The position numbers and the translations under genes were made by a program. This document shows positions 28,720-38,686 of a DNA stretch of 64,000 bases, one piece after another. Source of the stretch: an uncultured Candidatus Rokubacteria bacterium (GTDB lineage Bacteria; Methylomirabilota; Methylomirabilia; Rokubacteriales; CSP1-6); contig CAVVEU010000033.1 in assembly GCA_963747235.1 (NCBI GenBank), positions 160,001-224,000 of the forward strand, in the 5' to 3' direction. Numbering within the stretch: the stretch's first letter is position 1; each line of letters begins with the position of its first letter. Below the pieces are notes generated by a model, which worked only from the letters and a program-made list of their open reading frames with translations, was not told the DNA's origin and made no database searches.

Positions 28720-29832
28720 ATGGCGGAAACGGCGAGGATGGCGGTGTTCCACGGCGCGGGCAAACCGTTCGAGATCCGCGAGTATCCGGTGCCCGATCCC
28801 GAGCCCGGCGCGATCCTGGTCAAGGTGGCGATGGCCAACGTGTGCGGCTCCGATCTCCACTACTGGCGGGGCGAGCTCGACTACGTGAAGATGGGCCGGC
28901 CGCTGCCGCTCAACACCGGGCACGAGCACGTGGGACGCGTGGCCAAGCTCGGCGCCGGCGTCACCACCGACTCGGCGGGCCGGCCGCTCGCGGTGGGCGA
29001 CCGCGTGGCCTACCGCTTCTTCTTCCCCTGCGGACGCTGCCGCATGTGCCTCAAGGGCAAGACCAAGTCCTGCCCGGTGCGCCAGGCCAACTTCCTCGTC
29101 TCCTGCGAAGTCTGGCCGCACTTCCAGGGCGGCTTCGGCGAGTACTTCTACCTGCGCCCGAATCACGCGGTCTTCAAGCTGGCCGACGACATCACCGACG
29201 ACATGGCCGCGGGCGTCAACTGCGCGTTCAGCCAGGTCTACGCGGGCCTCGACATCGCGGCGGTGCGCGCGGGGCAGACCGTGGTCATCCAGGGCGCGGG
29301 CGGCCTCGGTGTGTACGCGTGCGCGGTGGCGAAGGAGATGGGGGCGGCGCGCGTCATCATCATCGACGGCGTGGAGGAGCGACTGACCCTGGCGCGCTCC
29401 TTCGGGGCCACCGACGTGGTGGACATGCGCGAGCACAAGACGCCGGACGATCGCATCCAAGCGGTGAAGAAGCTCACCGACGACTGGGGCGGCGACGTGG
29501 TCATGGAGCTGGTGGGCAACCCCAAGGTGGTGGACGAGGGGCTGCGGATGACCGCGCCGGAAGGCACGTATCTCGAGATCGGCAACATCAACGTGGGCTG
29601 GAAGGCCGAGTTCGATCCGGCCTGGATCATCTTCGGCAACCGCCGCATCATCGGCCTCTCCCACTACGAGGCCGAGCACCTGCGCGGCGCGCTCGACATG
29701 ATGACGCGCACTCGCACGCGGTATCCGTGGAACAAGATCATCTCGCACAAGTTCCCGCTCGAAGCGATCGAGGAGGCCTTCGTCCAGCAGGACAAGGGCC
29801 ACGTCACCCGCGCCGCGATCGTTCCCAACTGA
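28720..29832 (+). CDS. Zinc-binding alcohol dehydrogenase (MDR)
   Basis: VCGSDLH, GHE, CGRCRMC..C and GAGGLG motifs. Confidence 0.92.
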   Translation: MAETARMAVFHGAGKPFEIREYPVPDPEPGAILVKVAMANVCGSDLHYWRGELDYVKMGRPLPLNTGHEHVGRVAKLGAGVTTDSAGRPLAVGDRVAYRFFFPCGRCRMCLKGKTKSCPVRQANFLVSCEVWPHFQGGFGEYFYLRPNHAVFKLADDITDDMAAGVNCAFSQVYAGLDIAAVRAGQTVVIQGAGGLGVYACAVAKEMGAARVIIIDGVEERLTLARSFGATDVVDMREHKTPDDRIQAVKKLTDDWGGDVVMELVGNPKVVDEGLRMTAPEGTYLEIGNINVGWKAEFDPAWIIFGNRRIIGLSHYEAEHLRGALDMMTRTRTRYPWNKIISHKFPLEAIEEAFVQQDKGHVTRAAIVPN

Positions 29833-29857
29833 GACCCCGACCAGGAGAGATCCCGCA

Positions 29858-30373
29858 ATGTCCGAGCAGAGCTGGGCCAAGCACGTCGCGGACGTGCTGC
29901 GCCGCAACGGTATCCGCCTGTACGCGACCGTTCCCGACTACATCGTGAGCCACGTGCTGGACGAGCTGTGGGCCGACCCCGAGTGCCGCGTGATCACGAC
30001 GACCAGAGAAGAAGAGGCGGTGGGTTTGCTCTCCGGAGCCTGGCTCGCGGGGCACCGCGGCGCGCTGCTGATGCAGAACAGCGGCCTCGGCAACTGCACC
30101 AATGCGCTCGCCTCGCTCAACATGGCGAGCATGATCCCGATGGTCCTGGTCATGAGCCATCGCGGCGACCTGGGCGAGTTCAACCCGGCCCAGGTGCCGA
30201 TGGGCCGGGCGGTCACGCACATCCTGGACGCGCTCGGCATCCGCTGGATCCGGCCGATGTCGATCGAGGAGCTGGAGCACCAGACCGACGGGCTGGTGAA
30301 ACTCTGCTACGTGAGCTCGCAGCCGGTGGCCATCGTGCTGCCGTCGGAGTTGACCGGAGGCAAGCGAGGATGA
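29858..30373 (+). CDS. comD: Sulfopyruvate/phosphonopyruvate decarboxylase alpha subunit-like
   Basis: VPD, TREEEAVG and LMQNSGLGN motifs. Confidence 0.8.
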   Translation: MSEQSWAKHVADVLRRNGIRLYATVPDYIVSHVLDELWADPECRVITTTREEEAVGLLSGAWLAGHRGALLMQNSGLGNCTNALASLNMASMIPMVLVMSHRGDLGEFNPAQVPMGRAVTHILDALGIRWIRPMSIEELEHQTDGLVKLCYVSSQPVAIVLPSELTGGKRG

Positions 30374-30948
30374 GCCCGCTCACCCGCGCCGGCGCCACGA
30401 AGTACCTCGCCTCCCGGCTGACCAACGAGGTCGTGGTCTCGAACCTGGGCCAGGCCTCGCTCGACCTGCTCCAGATCGCGGACCGCCCGCTCAACTGCTA
30501 CACCTTCGGGGCGATGGGCCAGTGCTCCTCGATCGGCCTCGGCATCGCGATCGGCCGACCCGACGTCCGCGTGATCTGCCTGGACGGCGACGGCTCGCTG
30601 CTCATGAACCTGGGCTCGCTCTGCACCATCGCCGCGGAAGCCCCGAAGAACTACGTCTTGATGGTCTGGGACAACGAGGTCCACCAGACCACCGGCGGCC
30701 AGGCCACCGCGACCGCCCGCAAGGCGAGCCTGGTCGGCATCGCGCGCGGCGCCGGCATCGAGAAGGGCATCGAGGTGCGCACCCAGGAGGAGCTCGAGCG
30801 CGCGACGGGCCGGATCCTCACGGAGGACGGGCCCTTCATCGTGGTGGTGAAGATCGACAAGGGCCCGTCCACTGCCCCCTTCGACCAGGACCTCATCGGC
30901 CAGGCCTCCCGTTTCCGCAAGGCCCTCGCGGCCCTGCCCGCCGCCTGA
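30370..30948 (+). CDS. comE: Sulfopyruvate decarboxylase beta subunit-like (TPP binding)
   Basis: GAMG, DGDGSLLMNLG, DN...TTGGQ motifs; ATGA-coupled to comD. Confidence 0.8.
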   Translation: MSPLTRAGATKYLASRLTNEVVVSNLGQASLDLLQIADRPLNCYTFGAMGQCSSIGLGIAIGRPDVRVICLDGDGSLLMNLGSLCTIAAEAPKNYVLMVWDNEVHQTTGGQATATARKASLVGIARGAGIEKGIEVRTQEELERATGRILTEDGPFIVVVKIDKGPSTAPFDQDLIGQASRFRKALAALPAA

Positions 30949-30964
30949 CCAGAAGGAGCACGCC

Positions 30965-31456
30965 ATGGCAGGAATCTACGATTTCACGGTGAAGACGATC
31001 GATGGCAAGGAGCAGTCGCTCGCGGACTATCGCGGCAAGGCGCTGCTGGTGGTGAACGTGGCGTCGAAGTGCGGGCTCACGCCGCAGTACGAAGCGTTGC
31101 AGGCGCTGCAGGCCGAGTACGGCCCGCGAGGCTTCGCGGTGCTGGGTTTCCCCTGCAACCAGTTCGCGGGGCAGGAGCCGGGGAGCGACGCGTACGTCCA
31201 GGCCTTCTGCTCGACGAACTATGGCGTGACGTTCCCGATGTTCTCGAAGGTCGAGGTGAACGGCGGCGGCCGCGCCCCGCTCTACACCTGGCTCACCGGC
31301 CAGGCGACCAAGCCCGATGGCGCCGGCGACATCAAGTGGAACTTCGCCAAGTTCCTGGTGGACAAGACCGGCCAGGTCGCCGCGCGCTTCGAGCCCAAGA
31401 CCGCGCCCAGCGCGCCCGAGGTGAAGCAGGCCGTCGAGAAAGTCGTCGGCGCCTGA
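30965..31456 (+). CDS. Glutathione peroxidase-family protein (Cys form)
   Basis: VNVASKCGLTPQY, GFPCNQF and WNFAKFL motifs. Confidence 0.95.
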   Translation: MAGIYDFTVKTIDGKEQSLADYRGKALLVVNVASKCGLTPQYEALQALQAEYGPRGFAVLGFPCNQFAGQEPGSDAYVQAFCSTNYGVTFPMFSKVEVNGGGRAPLYTWLTGQATKPDGAGDIKWNFAKFLVDKTGQVAARFEPKTAPSAPEVKQAVEKVVGA

Positions 31457-31485
31457 CGCCGGCGGGTCTGCCCGTCCTCTCGCCC

Positions 31486-32598
31486 GTGCGTTTTCACAGC
31501 ATCGAAGCGATCGCGCTCGACATCCCGCTCTCGCGCAACTTCGGCGGGAGCACCTACGCGGTCCTCAAGCGCTCCACCGTGGTTACCCGGCTGCGCACGG
31601 ACGACGGGCTCGTCAGCGAGGTCTACAACGGCGACAACCGTGAGCACGGCCTCGAGATCGTCCGGCTGATCCACGAGGACCTCGCCCCGCTCCTGCGCGG
31701 CCAGGACCTGCTCGATGGCGAGCGCATCTGGGACCGCCTCTTCGCCTTCACCCACAGCAGCCGCGATCGCAAGACCCTGATGGAGGCCATCGCCTGCGTG
31801 GACTGCGCCATCTGGGACCTCGTCGGTAGGGCGCGCGGCCAGAGCGTGTGCGCGCTGCTCGGCGGACGCCCGCCCCGGCGTTTGCCCATCATCTCGATCG
31901 GCGGCTACTACCGAGAGGGCAAGACCCTGGCGGACATCGGCCGCGAGATGGAGAGCTACCGCGAGGCCGGCATGGCGGGCTGCAAGTTCAAGGTGGGCGG
32001 CCTCGCCCCGGAGGCCGACGCGGAGCGGGTCGCGGCGGCCCGCCGAGCCGCGGGCCCCGACTTCGTGCTCGCGGTAGACGCCAACCGTGGCTGGCCGGTG
32101 GCGGACGCGGTCCGCTTCGCGCGCCTGGTCGAGCCGCTGGACATCCGCTGGTTCGAGGAGCCGTGCCACTGGCATGACGACGCCCGCATGATGGCAGAGG
32201 TGCGGCGGGCGACGCGCATCCCGGTCACCGCGGGCCAGTCCGAGATCACGAGCCACGCGGTGCGGCGGCTCCTCGACGCGGGCGCGGTGGACCTGGTGAA
32301 CTTCGACGCCTCCGAGGGCGGCGGTGTCACCGAGTGGCGCCGCGCCGCCGCGCTCTGCGAGGCCGCCGGCGTGAAGATGGCGCACCACGAGGAGCCCCAG
32401 ATCGCGGGCCACCTGCTGGCCGCGGTGCCGCACGGCACCTACGTGGAATGCTTCGCCGACCCGGAGCGCGATCCCGCCTGGCAAACCCTCTGGGCCAACC
32501 GCCCCGCCATCAAGGACGGAGTCTTCGAAGTCCCGGACGCACCAGGCTTCGGCCTCATCCTCGACGACGCCCTGATCCGCCGCTACCGCTCTACATAG
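31486..32598 (+). CDS. Mandelate racemase/muconate lactonizing enzyme family protein
   Basis: DCAIWDL, KFK, VDAN, WFEEP and HH E motifs. Confidence 0.9.
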   Translation: MRFHSIEAIALDIPLSRNFGGSTYAVLKRSTVVTRLRTDDGLVSEVYNGDNREHGLEIVRLIHEDLAPLLRGQDLLDGERIWDRLFAFTHSSRDRKTLMEAIACVDCAIWDLVGRARGQSVCALLGGRPPRRLPIISIGGYYREGKTLADIGREMESYREAGMAGCKFKVGGLAPEADAERVAAARRAAGPDFVLAVDANRGWPVADAVRFARLVEPLDIRWFEEPCHWHDDARMMAEVRRATRIPVTAGQSEITSHAVRRLLDAGAVDLVNFDASEGGGVTEWRRAAALCEAAGVKMAHHEEPQIAGHLLAAVPHGTYVECFADPERDPAWQTLWANRPAIKDGVFEVPDAPGFGLILDDALIRRYRST

Positions 32599-33713
32599 AA
32601 ATCGCGGCGCGGGAGACGGCGGCGGGGTCGCCGCCGCGCTGGGCCCAGTCGCCCTGGGCGAAGGCCTCGGAGATGCGCTCGAGCGGGAAGACGTGGGAGA
32701 TCACCTTGTCGAACGGGAAGCGCCTGAGATTGCGCTTCATGAACGAGAGCGACTCCTCGAGCGCCCACGGCGAGTAGTTGGACGTGGCCACCAGCCGCGC
32801 GTTGGCGCGCACCAGCGCGGTGGCGTCGTAGGAGAAGACGTTGCCCGGTGAGATGCTGCCCACTTCCAGATAGCAGCCGCCGCCCCGCAGCATGCGCAGG
32901 CCCTCCGGGATCACGTCCGCGTAGCCCACGAAGTCGGCCACCACGTGGGCCCCGAACCCGTCGGTCAGATCCATGACCGCGCTCACGCGCTTGTCCGCGG
33001 TGTTGATCTCGGTCGCGTTCACGGTGTGATCGGCGCCGAACGATCTGGCGAGCGCCAGCCGCTGGGCGAGCCGGTCGATGACGATGACCCGGTCGGCGCC
33101 CATGTCGCGCGCCACCGCCACCGCGTTGAGGCCGAGCCCGCCCGGCCCCCTGCACCACCACCGACTGGCCCGCGCGGAAGCCCGCCTTGCGCAGGCCATA
33201 GAGCACCTGGGAGAGCGCGCAGTTGATCGGGGTGGCCACGTCCTCCGGGATCTCGTCGGGCACCTTGAAGATGAAGTGGCCGGGCCGGAGGTAGTAGTAG
33301 TCGCCGTAGGCGTTGTTGAAGTAGGGCGCGCTGCCGGCCACGCGGTTCGGGCGGACTTTTCGAGGACAGCTGCCCATTTCGTCGTGGAGACACACCGGGC
33401 AGCGGCCGCACGGGAAGAAGTAGCAGTAGGTCACCCGGTCGCCCTCGCGGAGCGGCCGGCCCATCGAGTCGGTGGTGACGCCGGCGCCGAGCCGCTCCAC
33501 CTTGCCGCACATCTCGTGGCCGAAGGTGAGGTCCTTGGGCAGCGCGCCGTACGTCTCCTTCATCTCGCCGCGCCAGATGTGCAGGTCCGAGCCGCACACC
33601 CCCGCGCGCGTCAGCTTGATCAGGATCGCGCCGGGCTCGGGATCCGGCACCGGATACTCGCGCAGCTCGAACTCGCCGCCGTACGCCTTGAGAACCGCCA
33701 CCCGTCCCTTCAT
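32591..33713 (-). CDS. Zinc-binding alcohol dehydrogenase, paralog of 28720 (frameshift near 33145)
   Basis: VCGSDLH, GHE, CGRCPVC; GAGGLG is split across frames. Confidence 0.88.
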
Positions 33714-33828
33714 TGGGGCTCCTCCCTGGAATGGATTCAGCGAGAGGGTCGCCGCTGGCGGGCCCCGTTGTCAACTCCCGGGCCCGCGAGTAGGATGGGG
33801 CGGCTTTCGAGATCTCAAGGAGGAGACC

Positions 33829-34755
33829 GTGAAACTACTGCTCTTCGACGATTACCGGCTGGGCGTGCTCCGTGGCGATGGCGTGGTGGACGTCTCGGAC
33901 ACCGTGAAGGACATCCCGCATACCGGGCCCGGGGACCTGATGAGCGGGCTGGTCGCCCGCTTCGCGGACTACCGCAAGAAGATCGAGGACGCGGCCGGCC
34001 GCGGCAAGCCGGTCCCGGTGAGCGGCGTCCGGATCCGGCCGCCCCTGCCCAGGCCGACCAACATCGTCTGCATGGCGGTGAATTACATGGAGGACGGCAC
34101 CCGCACCGAGCCGGCGCCGATCAACGCCTTCATGAAGTCGCCCGGCGCGGTGATCGGCCCCAACGAGACCATGGTGCTGCCCGACGTGCCCGCCACGATC
34201 TTCGAGGGCGAGGCCGAGATGGCCCTGATCATCGGCAAGCGCGCCACCGCGGTGCCGGCCGCCCGCGCGATGGAGTACATCTTCGGCTACTGCAACTTCA
34301 TCGACGGCTCGGCCCGCGGCCTCCTGCCCCCCGGCAACACGTTCTACCAGATGAAGTCGCGCGACACCTTCGCGCCCATGGGCCCCTACCTGGTGACCGC
34401 GGACGAGATCACCGATCCGCACAAGCTGGCGATCCGCCTCTCGGTGAACGGCACCGTCAAGCAGGCGTTCAACACGAGCGACATGGCCCACAAGATCCCG
34501 CGCTGCATCGAGTGGGTGACGAGCATCCACACGCTCGAGCCGGGCGACGTGCTGGCCACCGGCACCAACCACCGCGGCCTCTCCGGCTTCCAGGACGGCG
34601 ACCGCATCGAGCTCGAGACCGAAGGCCTGGGCACGCTCAAGTTCAACATCCGTGACGACCTCAAGCGCACGTGGTCGCGCGAGACGCGGCTCGACCGGCA
34701 GGAGAAGGGGCAGGAGGGCACCACGCCCCAGCTCACCGGCAAGCACAAGAAATGA
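33829..34755 (+). CDS. Fumarylacetoacetate hydrolase family protein
   Basis: EGEAE, DGSAR, KSRDTFAPMGP and GDVLATGT motifs; AAGGAGG RBS. Confidence 0.9.
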   Translation: MKLLLFDDYRLGVLRGDGVVDVSDTVKDIPHTGPGDLMSGLVARFADYRKKIEDAAGRGKPVPVSGVRIRPPLPRPTNIVCMAVNYMEDGTRTEPAPINAFMKSPGAVIGPNETMVLPDVPATIFEGEAEMALIIGKRATAVPAARAMEYIFGYCNFIDGSARGLLPPGNTFYQMKSRDTFAPMGPYLVTADEITDPHKLAIRLSVNGTVKQAFNTSDMAHKIPRCIEWVTSIHTLEPGDVLATGTNHRGLSGFQDGDRIELETEGLGTLKFNIRDDLKRTWSRETRLDRQEKGQEGTTPQLTGKHKK

Positions 34756-35840
34756 AGATCACCCACGTCACCACCCGCGCGCTCTCGACGCCCGCGGGCA
34801 ATCCCCTGGTGGTCGGCCTGCCCGAGCCCACCGACACGCGCGAGTTCGTGCTGCTCGAGCTCGGCACCGACCAGGGGCTGGTGGGCATCGGCCTCACCTT
34901 CTTCGGCGGCGCGCTGACCCCCGCGCTGCGGGCCGCGGTGGACGTCCTCGCCCGGCTCACCATCGGCATGGATCCGAGTCAGGTCGAGGCCATCGCGGCG
35001 AAGTGCCGGCGCATGGCGGGCGGCTCGGGGCCGGGCGGCATCTTCGCGCTCGCGCTCTCCGCGGTGGACATGGCCTGCTGGGACCTCATGGGCAAGGCGG
35101 CGGGCCGCTCGGTCTGCGCGTTGCTGGGCGGCCTGCGCGACCGCGCGCCCACGTACGCGAGCGGCGCGCTCATGCGCCAGCACCCGGTGGACTACCTGGC
35201 CAAGGCCGGCCCCCGCCTGCGCGACATGGGCTTCCGTCAGATGAAGATGCAGTGCGGGAGCGAGCCGACGATCGCCGCCTCCGTCGAGCGCGTGCGGGTC
35301 ATGCGCGAGTCCATCGGCCCCGACGTGGACCTCATGTGCGACATCAACCAGCTCTGGAGCGTCCATCACGCGATCGACGTCGGCCAGCGGATCGAGGACT
35401 ACCACCTCTACTGGCTGGAAGACCCGACCGTCCACGACGACTACCCGGGGCTGGCCCGCATCGCGGACGCGCTCACCACGCCGATCGCGGCGGGCGAATA
35501 TCACTACGGCATCGTGCCGTTCCGCCACCTGCTGGAGGCGCGCTCGATCGACATCGTGATGATCGATCTCCTGCGCGTGGGCGGCATCACCCAGTGGATG
35601 AAGGTGGCGGGCATGGCCGAGGCCTTCAACCTGCCGGTGGTGAGCCACCTGGTCCCGGAGATCCACGTGCACCTGATCGCGGCGATCCCCAACGGGCTCA
35701 CCGTCGAGTACATGCCGTGGACGCTCATGCTCTACGAGGAGACCCCGAAGATCGAGGCCGGCCAGCTCGTGGTGCCGGACAAGCCCGGCCTCGGCCTCGC
35801 CTTCGATCAGGCCGCGATCAAGCGCTACCAGATAGGTTAG
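34752..35840 (+). CDS. Mandelate racemase/muconate lactonizing enzyme family protein
   Basis: DMACWDL, KMQ, CDINQ, WLEDP, AGE and SH motifs. Confidence 0.9.
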   Translation: MKITHVTTRALSTPAGNPLVVGLPEPTDTREFVLLELGTDQGLVGIGLTFFGGALTPALRAAVDVLARLTIGMDPSQVEAIAAKCRRMAGGSGPGGIFALALSAVDMACWDLMGKAAGRSVCALLGGLRDRAPTYASGALMRQHPVDYLAKAGPRLRDMGFRQMKMQCGSEPTIAASVERVRVMRESIGPDVDLMCDINQLWSVHHAIDVGQRIEDYHLYWLEDPTVHDDYPGLARIADALTTPIAAGEYHYGIVPFRHLLEARSIDIVMIDLLRVGGITQWMKVAGMAEAFNLPVVSHLVPEIHVHLIAAIPNGLTVEYMPWTLMLYEETPKIEAGQLVVPDKPGLGLAFDQAAIKRYQIG

Positions 35841-35916
35841 TCGGAGGGGGCCTCGACGGCCCCCTCCGAGACCTCCCCCGACAGCCGGGATTGCGCCGGC
35901 GGAGCCGGCGCTCGAA
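35841..35916. repeat. Triplex-plus-hairpin intergenic repeat, copy 3
   Basis: TCGGAGGGGGCC-TCGAC-GGCCCCCTCCGA-GA-CCTCCCCC...GCGCCGGC-GGA-GCCGGCGC-TCGAA. Confidence 0.85.
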
Positions 35917-35941
35917 CGGAGGTCTCGCGCCCGCGCGGGGA

Positions 35942-36838
35942 TCAGACCTCGCCGGTCCAGGAGGGCTCGGCGATCTTTCGCCAGCGGGCGCGGATCTGCT
36001 CGATCTCCGCGGCGGGCAGCGGCCCCGCCTCGAGCAGGCGCGCGTTCGCCGGCCAGCGCTCCGGCCGCTTGGTCCCGACGATCGCGGTGTGCACGCCCGG
36101 CGCGGCCAGGGTGAAGCGCAGCGCGGTGGACACCACGTGCTCGGCGCGTCACGCAGGAACGGGTACTCGAGCGCGCGGAGCCGCTCCCAGTAGGGCTGGT
36201 AGTAGGGCTCGGCCGGCCGGCGCGCGTAGCGCCACGCCGCGTTGGCGATCGGTCGTTTGGCGATCACGCCCATCCGCCGCTTCACGGCCAGGGGCAGCGT
36301 CAGCTCGAGCGCCTCCTGGTCGGCGATGCTCACCGAGGTCTGCAGCGTGTCGAAGCGCCCGCACTCGACCGCGTAGCGCGCCGCCTCCCCGTCGCCGCTG
36401 TAGCCGATGTAGCGCGCGTAGCCGCGCTCCCGCGCGCGCTCGAGCGCGGTGATGGCCTCGCCCTTCCGGAGGTCGGCGAGCTCGCAGCTATGCAGCTGGA
36501 TCAGGTCGAGCCGATCGGTGCGCAGGCGCTTGAGGCTCCGCTCGATGCTCGAGAGGAGGGAGGCCTCGCGCCAGTCGCCGCGGCCGTACCCGCGCGGATG
36601 GCCGCACTTCGTGAGCAGGTAGATCTCGTTTCGGCGGGCCCCGAGGGCGGATCCGATCAACGCCTCGCTGTCCTCGTAGCACTCGGCGGTGTCGATCACG
36701 TTGAGGCCGGCGTCGAGGGCGGTGCCGAGCAGCCGCGCCACCGTGCGCGCCCCGGCCCGCTCGTAGCCGATCTCGGAGCCGCCGAACCCGAGCACGCTGG
36801 CCATCCATGTCGGTCCGGCCCAGCCGGCGTCGTTCCAT
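35942..36838 (-). CDS. Aldo/keto reductase (frameshifts near 36805 and 36145)
   Basis: MERRRLGRT, IDTAECY, TKCG, SLKRLRTDRLDLIQLH and ALRF motifs. Confidence 0.88.
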
Positions 36839-36935
36839 GACGGATCGGATCAAACGGCCTGGGCCGGGGACTGGAACTGCATCGCGGGGGGGAGTATACC
36901 GTAGGCGAGAGACCAATCACCGAAAGGAGCGCGCC

Positions 36936-37265
36936 ATGAGCCACTATCACGACCCGGCCGATCTCAAGTTACTCGGCGAGTTCAAGAAGCTCGCCCCGGC
37001 GGAGTTCAAGGGCTTCGTCGAGCTGGATTCCATCGTCGGGCGCGACGACGGAAAGATCCCGCGCAAGTATCGCGAGCTGATCGCGATCGCGGTGGCGTGC
37101 ACGACGCAGTGCCCCTACTGCCTCGACGTGCACACCCGGAACGCGAAGAAGGCGGGCGCCACGCGGGAGGAGGTCATCGAGTCCGCGCTGCTGTCCGCCG
37201 CGCTGCGCGCCGGGGCCGCGACCACCCACGGCGCCCTCGCGCTCAAGCTGTTCGACCAGGCCTGA
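36936..37265 (+). CDS. AhpD/carboxymuconolactone decarboxylase family protein (Cys form)
   Basis: RELIAIAVA...QCPYCLDVH; AAAGGAG RBS. Confidence 0.92.
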   Translation: MSHYHDPADLKLLGEFKKLAPAEFKGFVELDSIVGRDDGKIPRKYRELIAIAVACTTQCPYCLDVHTRNAKKAGATREEVIESALLSAALRAGAATTHGALALKLFDQA

Positions 37266-37971
37266 GCGCGCGACCGGGCGGGCGCCGCTCGCGCGGCGGC
37301 TCAGGCCGTGGCGGACGGAGCGCGGCCGCCTCGTCGCGCTCCATCCGCGCCCGCATCCGCGCGCGCAGACCCTCCACGATGTGCGCGGGGGCGGTCGCGG
37401 GCGAGCCGGCCCGGAACGGCGGCTGCGGGTCGTACTCGATGCCGAGCTGGATGGCCTGGGCCACGTCGTCACCCGCGATGCGGGCGGCGAGCGTGAGCGC
37501 CATGTCGATGCCCGAGGACACGCCGGCCGCGGTGATGATCTTGCCCTGCTCCACCACGCGCTTCAGCGTGGGGCGCGCGCCGTACGCGGGCAGGCGGTCG
37601 AGCGACATCCAGTGCGTGGTGGCCTCGAGCCCCTTCAGGATGCCCGCGGCGGCCAGCAGCATCGAGCCGGTGCAGACCGACGTCGTCCACTGGCTCGTCG
37701 CGTGGGCCGCGCGGATCCAGTCCAGCAGCGGGTTCGGCGTCTCGAGCGCGCGGGTGCCGAAGCCGCCCGGCACCATGAGCACCTCCGGATGCGGCACCGC
37801 CGAGAGCGGCTCGTCGGCCATCAGGGTGAGCTGGCGATTGTCGGTGCGATAGGGGCCGGCCGTCACCGCGACGAAGCGCACGCGGGCGCCGGGCAGGCGC
37901 GAGAGCACCTCGTAGGGACCGATGGCGTCGAGCGCGGTGATGCCCTCGAAGAGCGGGATGGCGATGTCCAT
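37243..37971 (-). CDS. DJ-1/PfpI family protein (isonitrile hydratase-like)
   Basis: LDAIGP, VPGG, SVCTG, ATTHW, AGVSSGID and EYDPQPPF motifs; C-terminus uncertain. Confidence 0.9.
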   Translation of the reverse strand: MDIAIPLFEGITALDAIGPYEVLSRLPGARVRFVAVTAGPYRTDNRQLTLMADEPLSAVPHPEVLMVPGGFGTRALETPNPLLDWIRAAHATSQWTTSVCTGSMLLAAAGILKGLEATTHWMSLDRLPAYGARPTLKRVVEQGKIITAAGVSSGIDMALTLAARIAGDDVAQAIQLGIEYDPQPPFRAGSPATAPAHIVEGLRARMRARMERDEAAALRPPRPEPPRERRPPGRALRPGRTA

Positions 37972-37982
37972 GGGGTGATCTC

Positions 37983-38651
37983 CTAGAGGCTGCGCGCCGC
38001 GCGCAAGATCTCGTCGTCGCTCGGGAACTTGGAGAGGTCCTCGAGGCGCTCGGCGCACTCGATGTGCTGCCACCGGATGATCCCTCCCGGTCGATGAGGA
38101 AGTGCCCGGTCATCTGGGTGCCGTGCGCGTGCGCGATCTGCTGGTCGATCTCGGTCGGCTCGAACCCGTCCTTCTTGTTCAGGGTCTCCATCGCCGCAAA
38201 GGGATTCTGCGGCTCGGGCAGCTCTCCGGTGGGATCTATCTTCATCGCGAGCAGCTGACCCATCGTGAGCTTCCCCTCGGCCCACGAGGCTTCCGATTCC
38301 TTCTCGACGACCATCCCGGCCGGCACCCCGAACGACCGATGCGTCGCCGCCTCGGGATCCGCGGTGAGCAGCACGCGTGCGGGGCGGTACTTGAAGTAGA
38401 GCCGCGCCCGCTCCAGCGGGGTGTTGACCACCGCCATCGTCTCCACGCCGAGCGCCTTGAGCTTGTCCTGCGTGGTGCCCAGCTGCACGAGCTGGCGACG
38501 GCAGAAGGGGCAGTGCAGGCCGCGGAACAGGGCGATCAGGACCGGACTGCGACCGCGATAGTCGTCGAGCGAGACCTGGCCCTCTCGATTGACCGCGGGG
38601 AGCGTGACGTCGGGGAGCGGCATCACCGGGGCGAAGGGGCATGGACGCCAT
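37983..38651 (-). CDS. Peroxiredoxin-like AhpC/TSA family protein (frameshifts near 38625 and 38085)
   Basis: LRPGD.APD, FRGLHCPFCRRQ and FLIDREGIIRW motifs. Confidence 0.8.
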   Translation of the reverse strand: MASMPLRPGDAAPRRHAPRGQSRGPGLARRLSRSQSGPDRPVPRPALPLLPSPARAAGHHAGQAQGARRGDDGGGQHPAGAGAALLQVPPRTRAAHRGSRGGDASVVRGAGRDGRREGIGSLVGRGEAHDGSAARDEDRSHRRAARAAESLCGDGDPEQEGRVRADRDRPADRARARHPDDRALPHRPGGIIRWQHIECAERLEDLSKFPSDDEILRAARSL

Positions 38652-38686
38652 GAGCCGAGTGCCTTTCTATTCGGGTCGTGTTCGCG

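Noticed and set aside
30965-31456. Glutathione peroxidase as a third selenoprotein
   Set aside because: The active-site codon is TGC (Cys).
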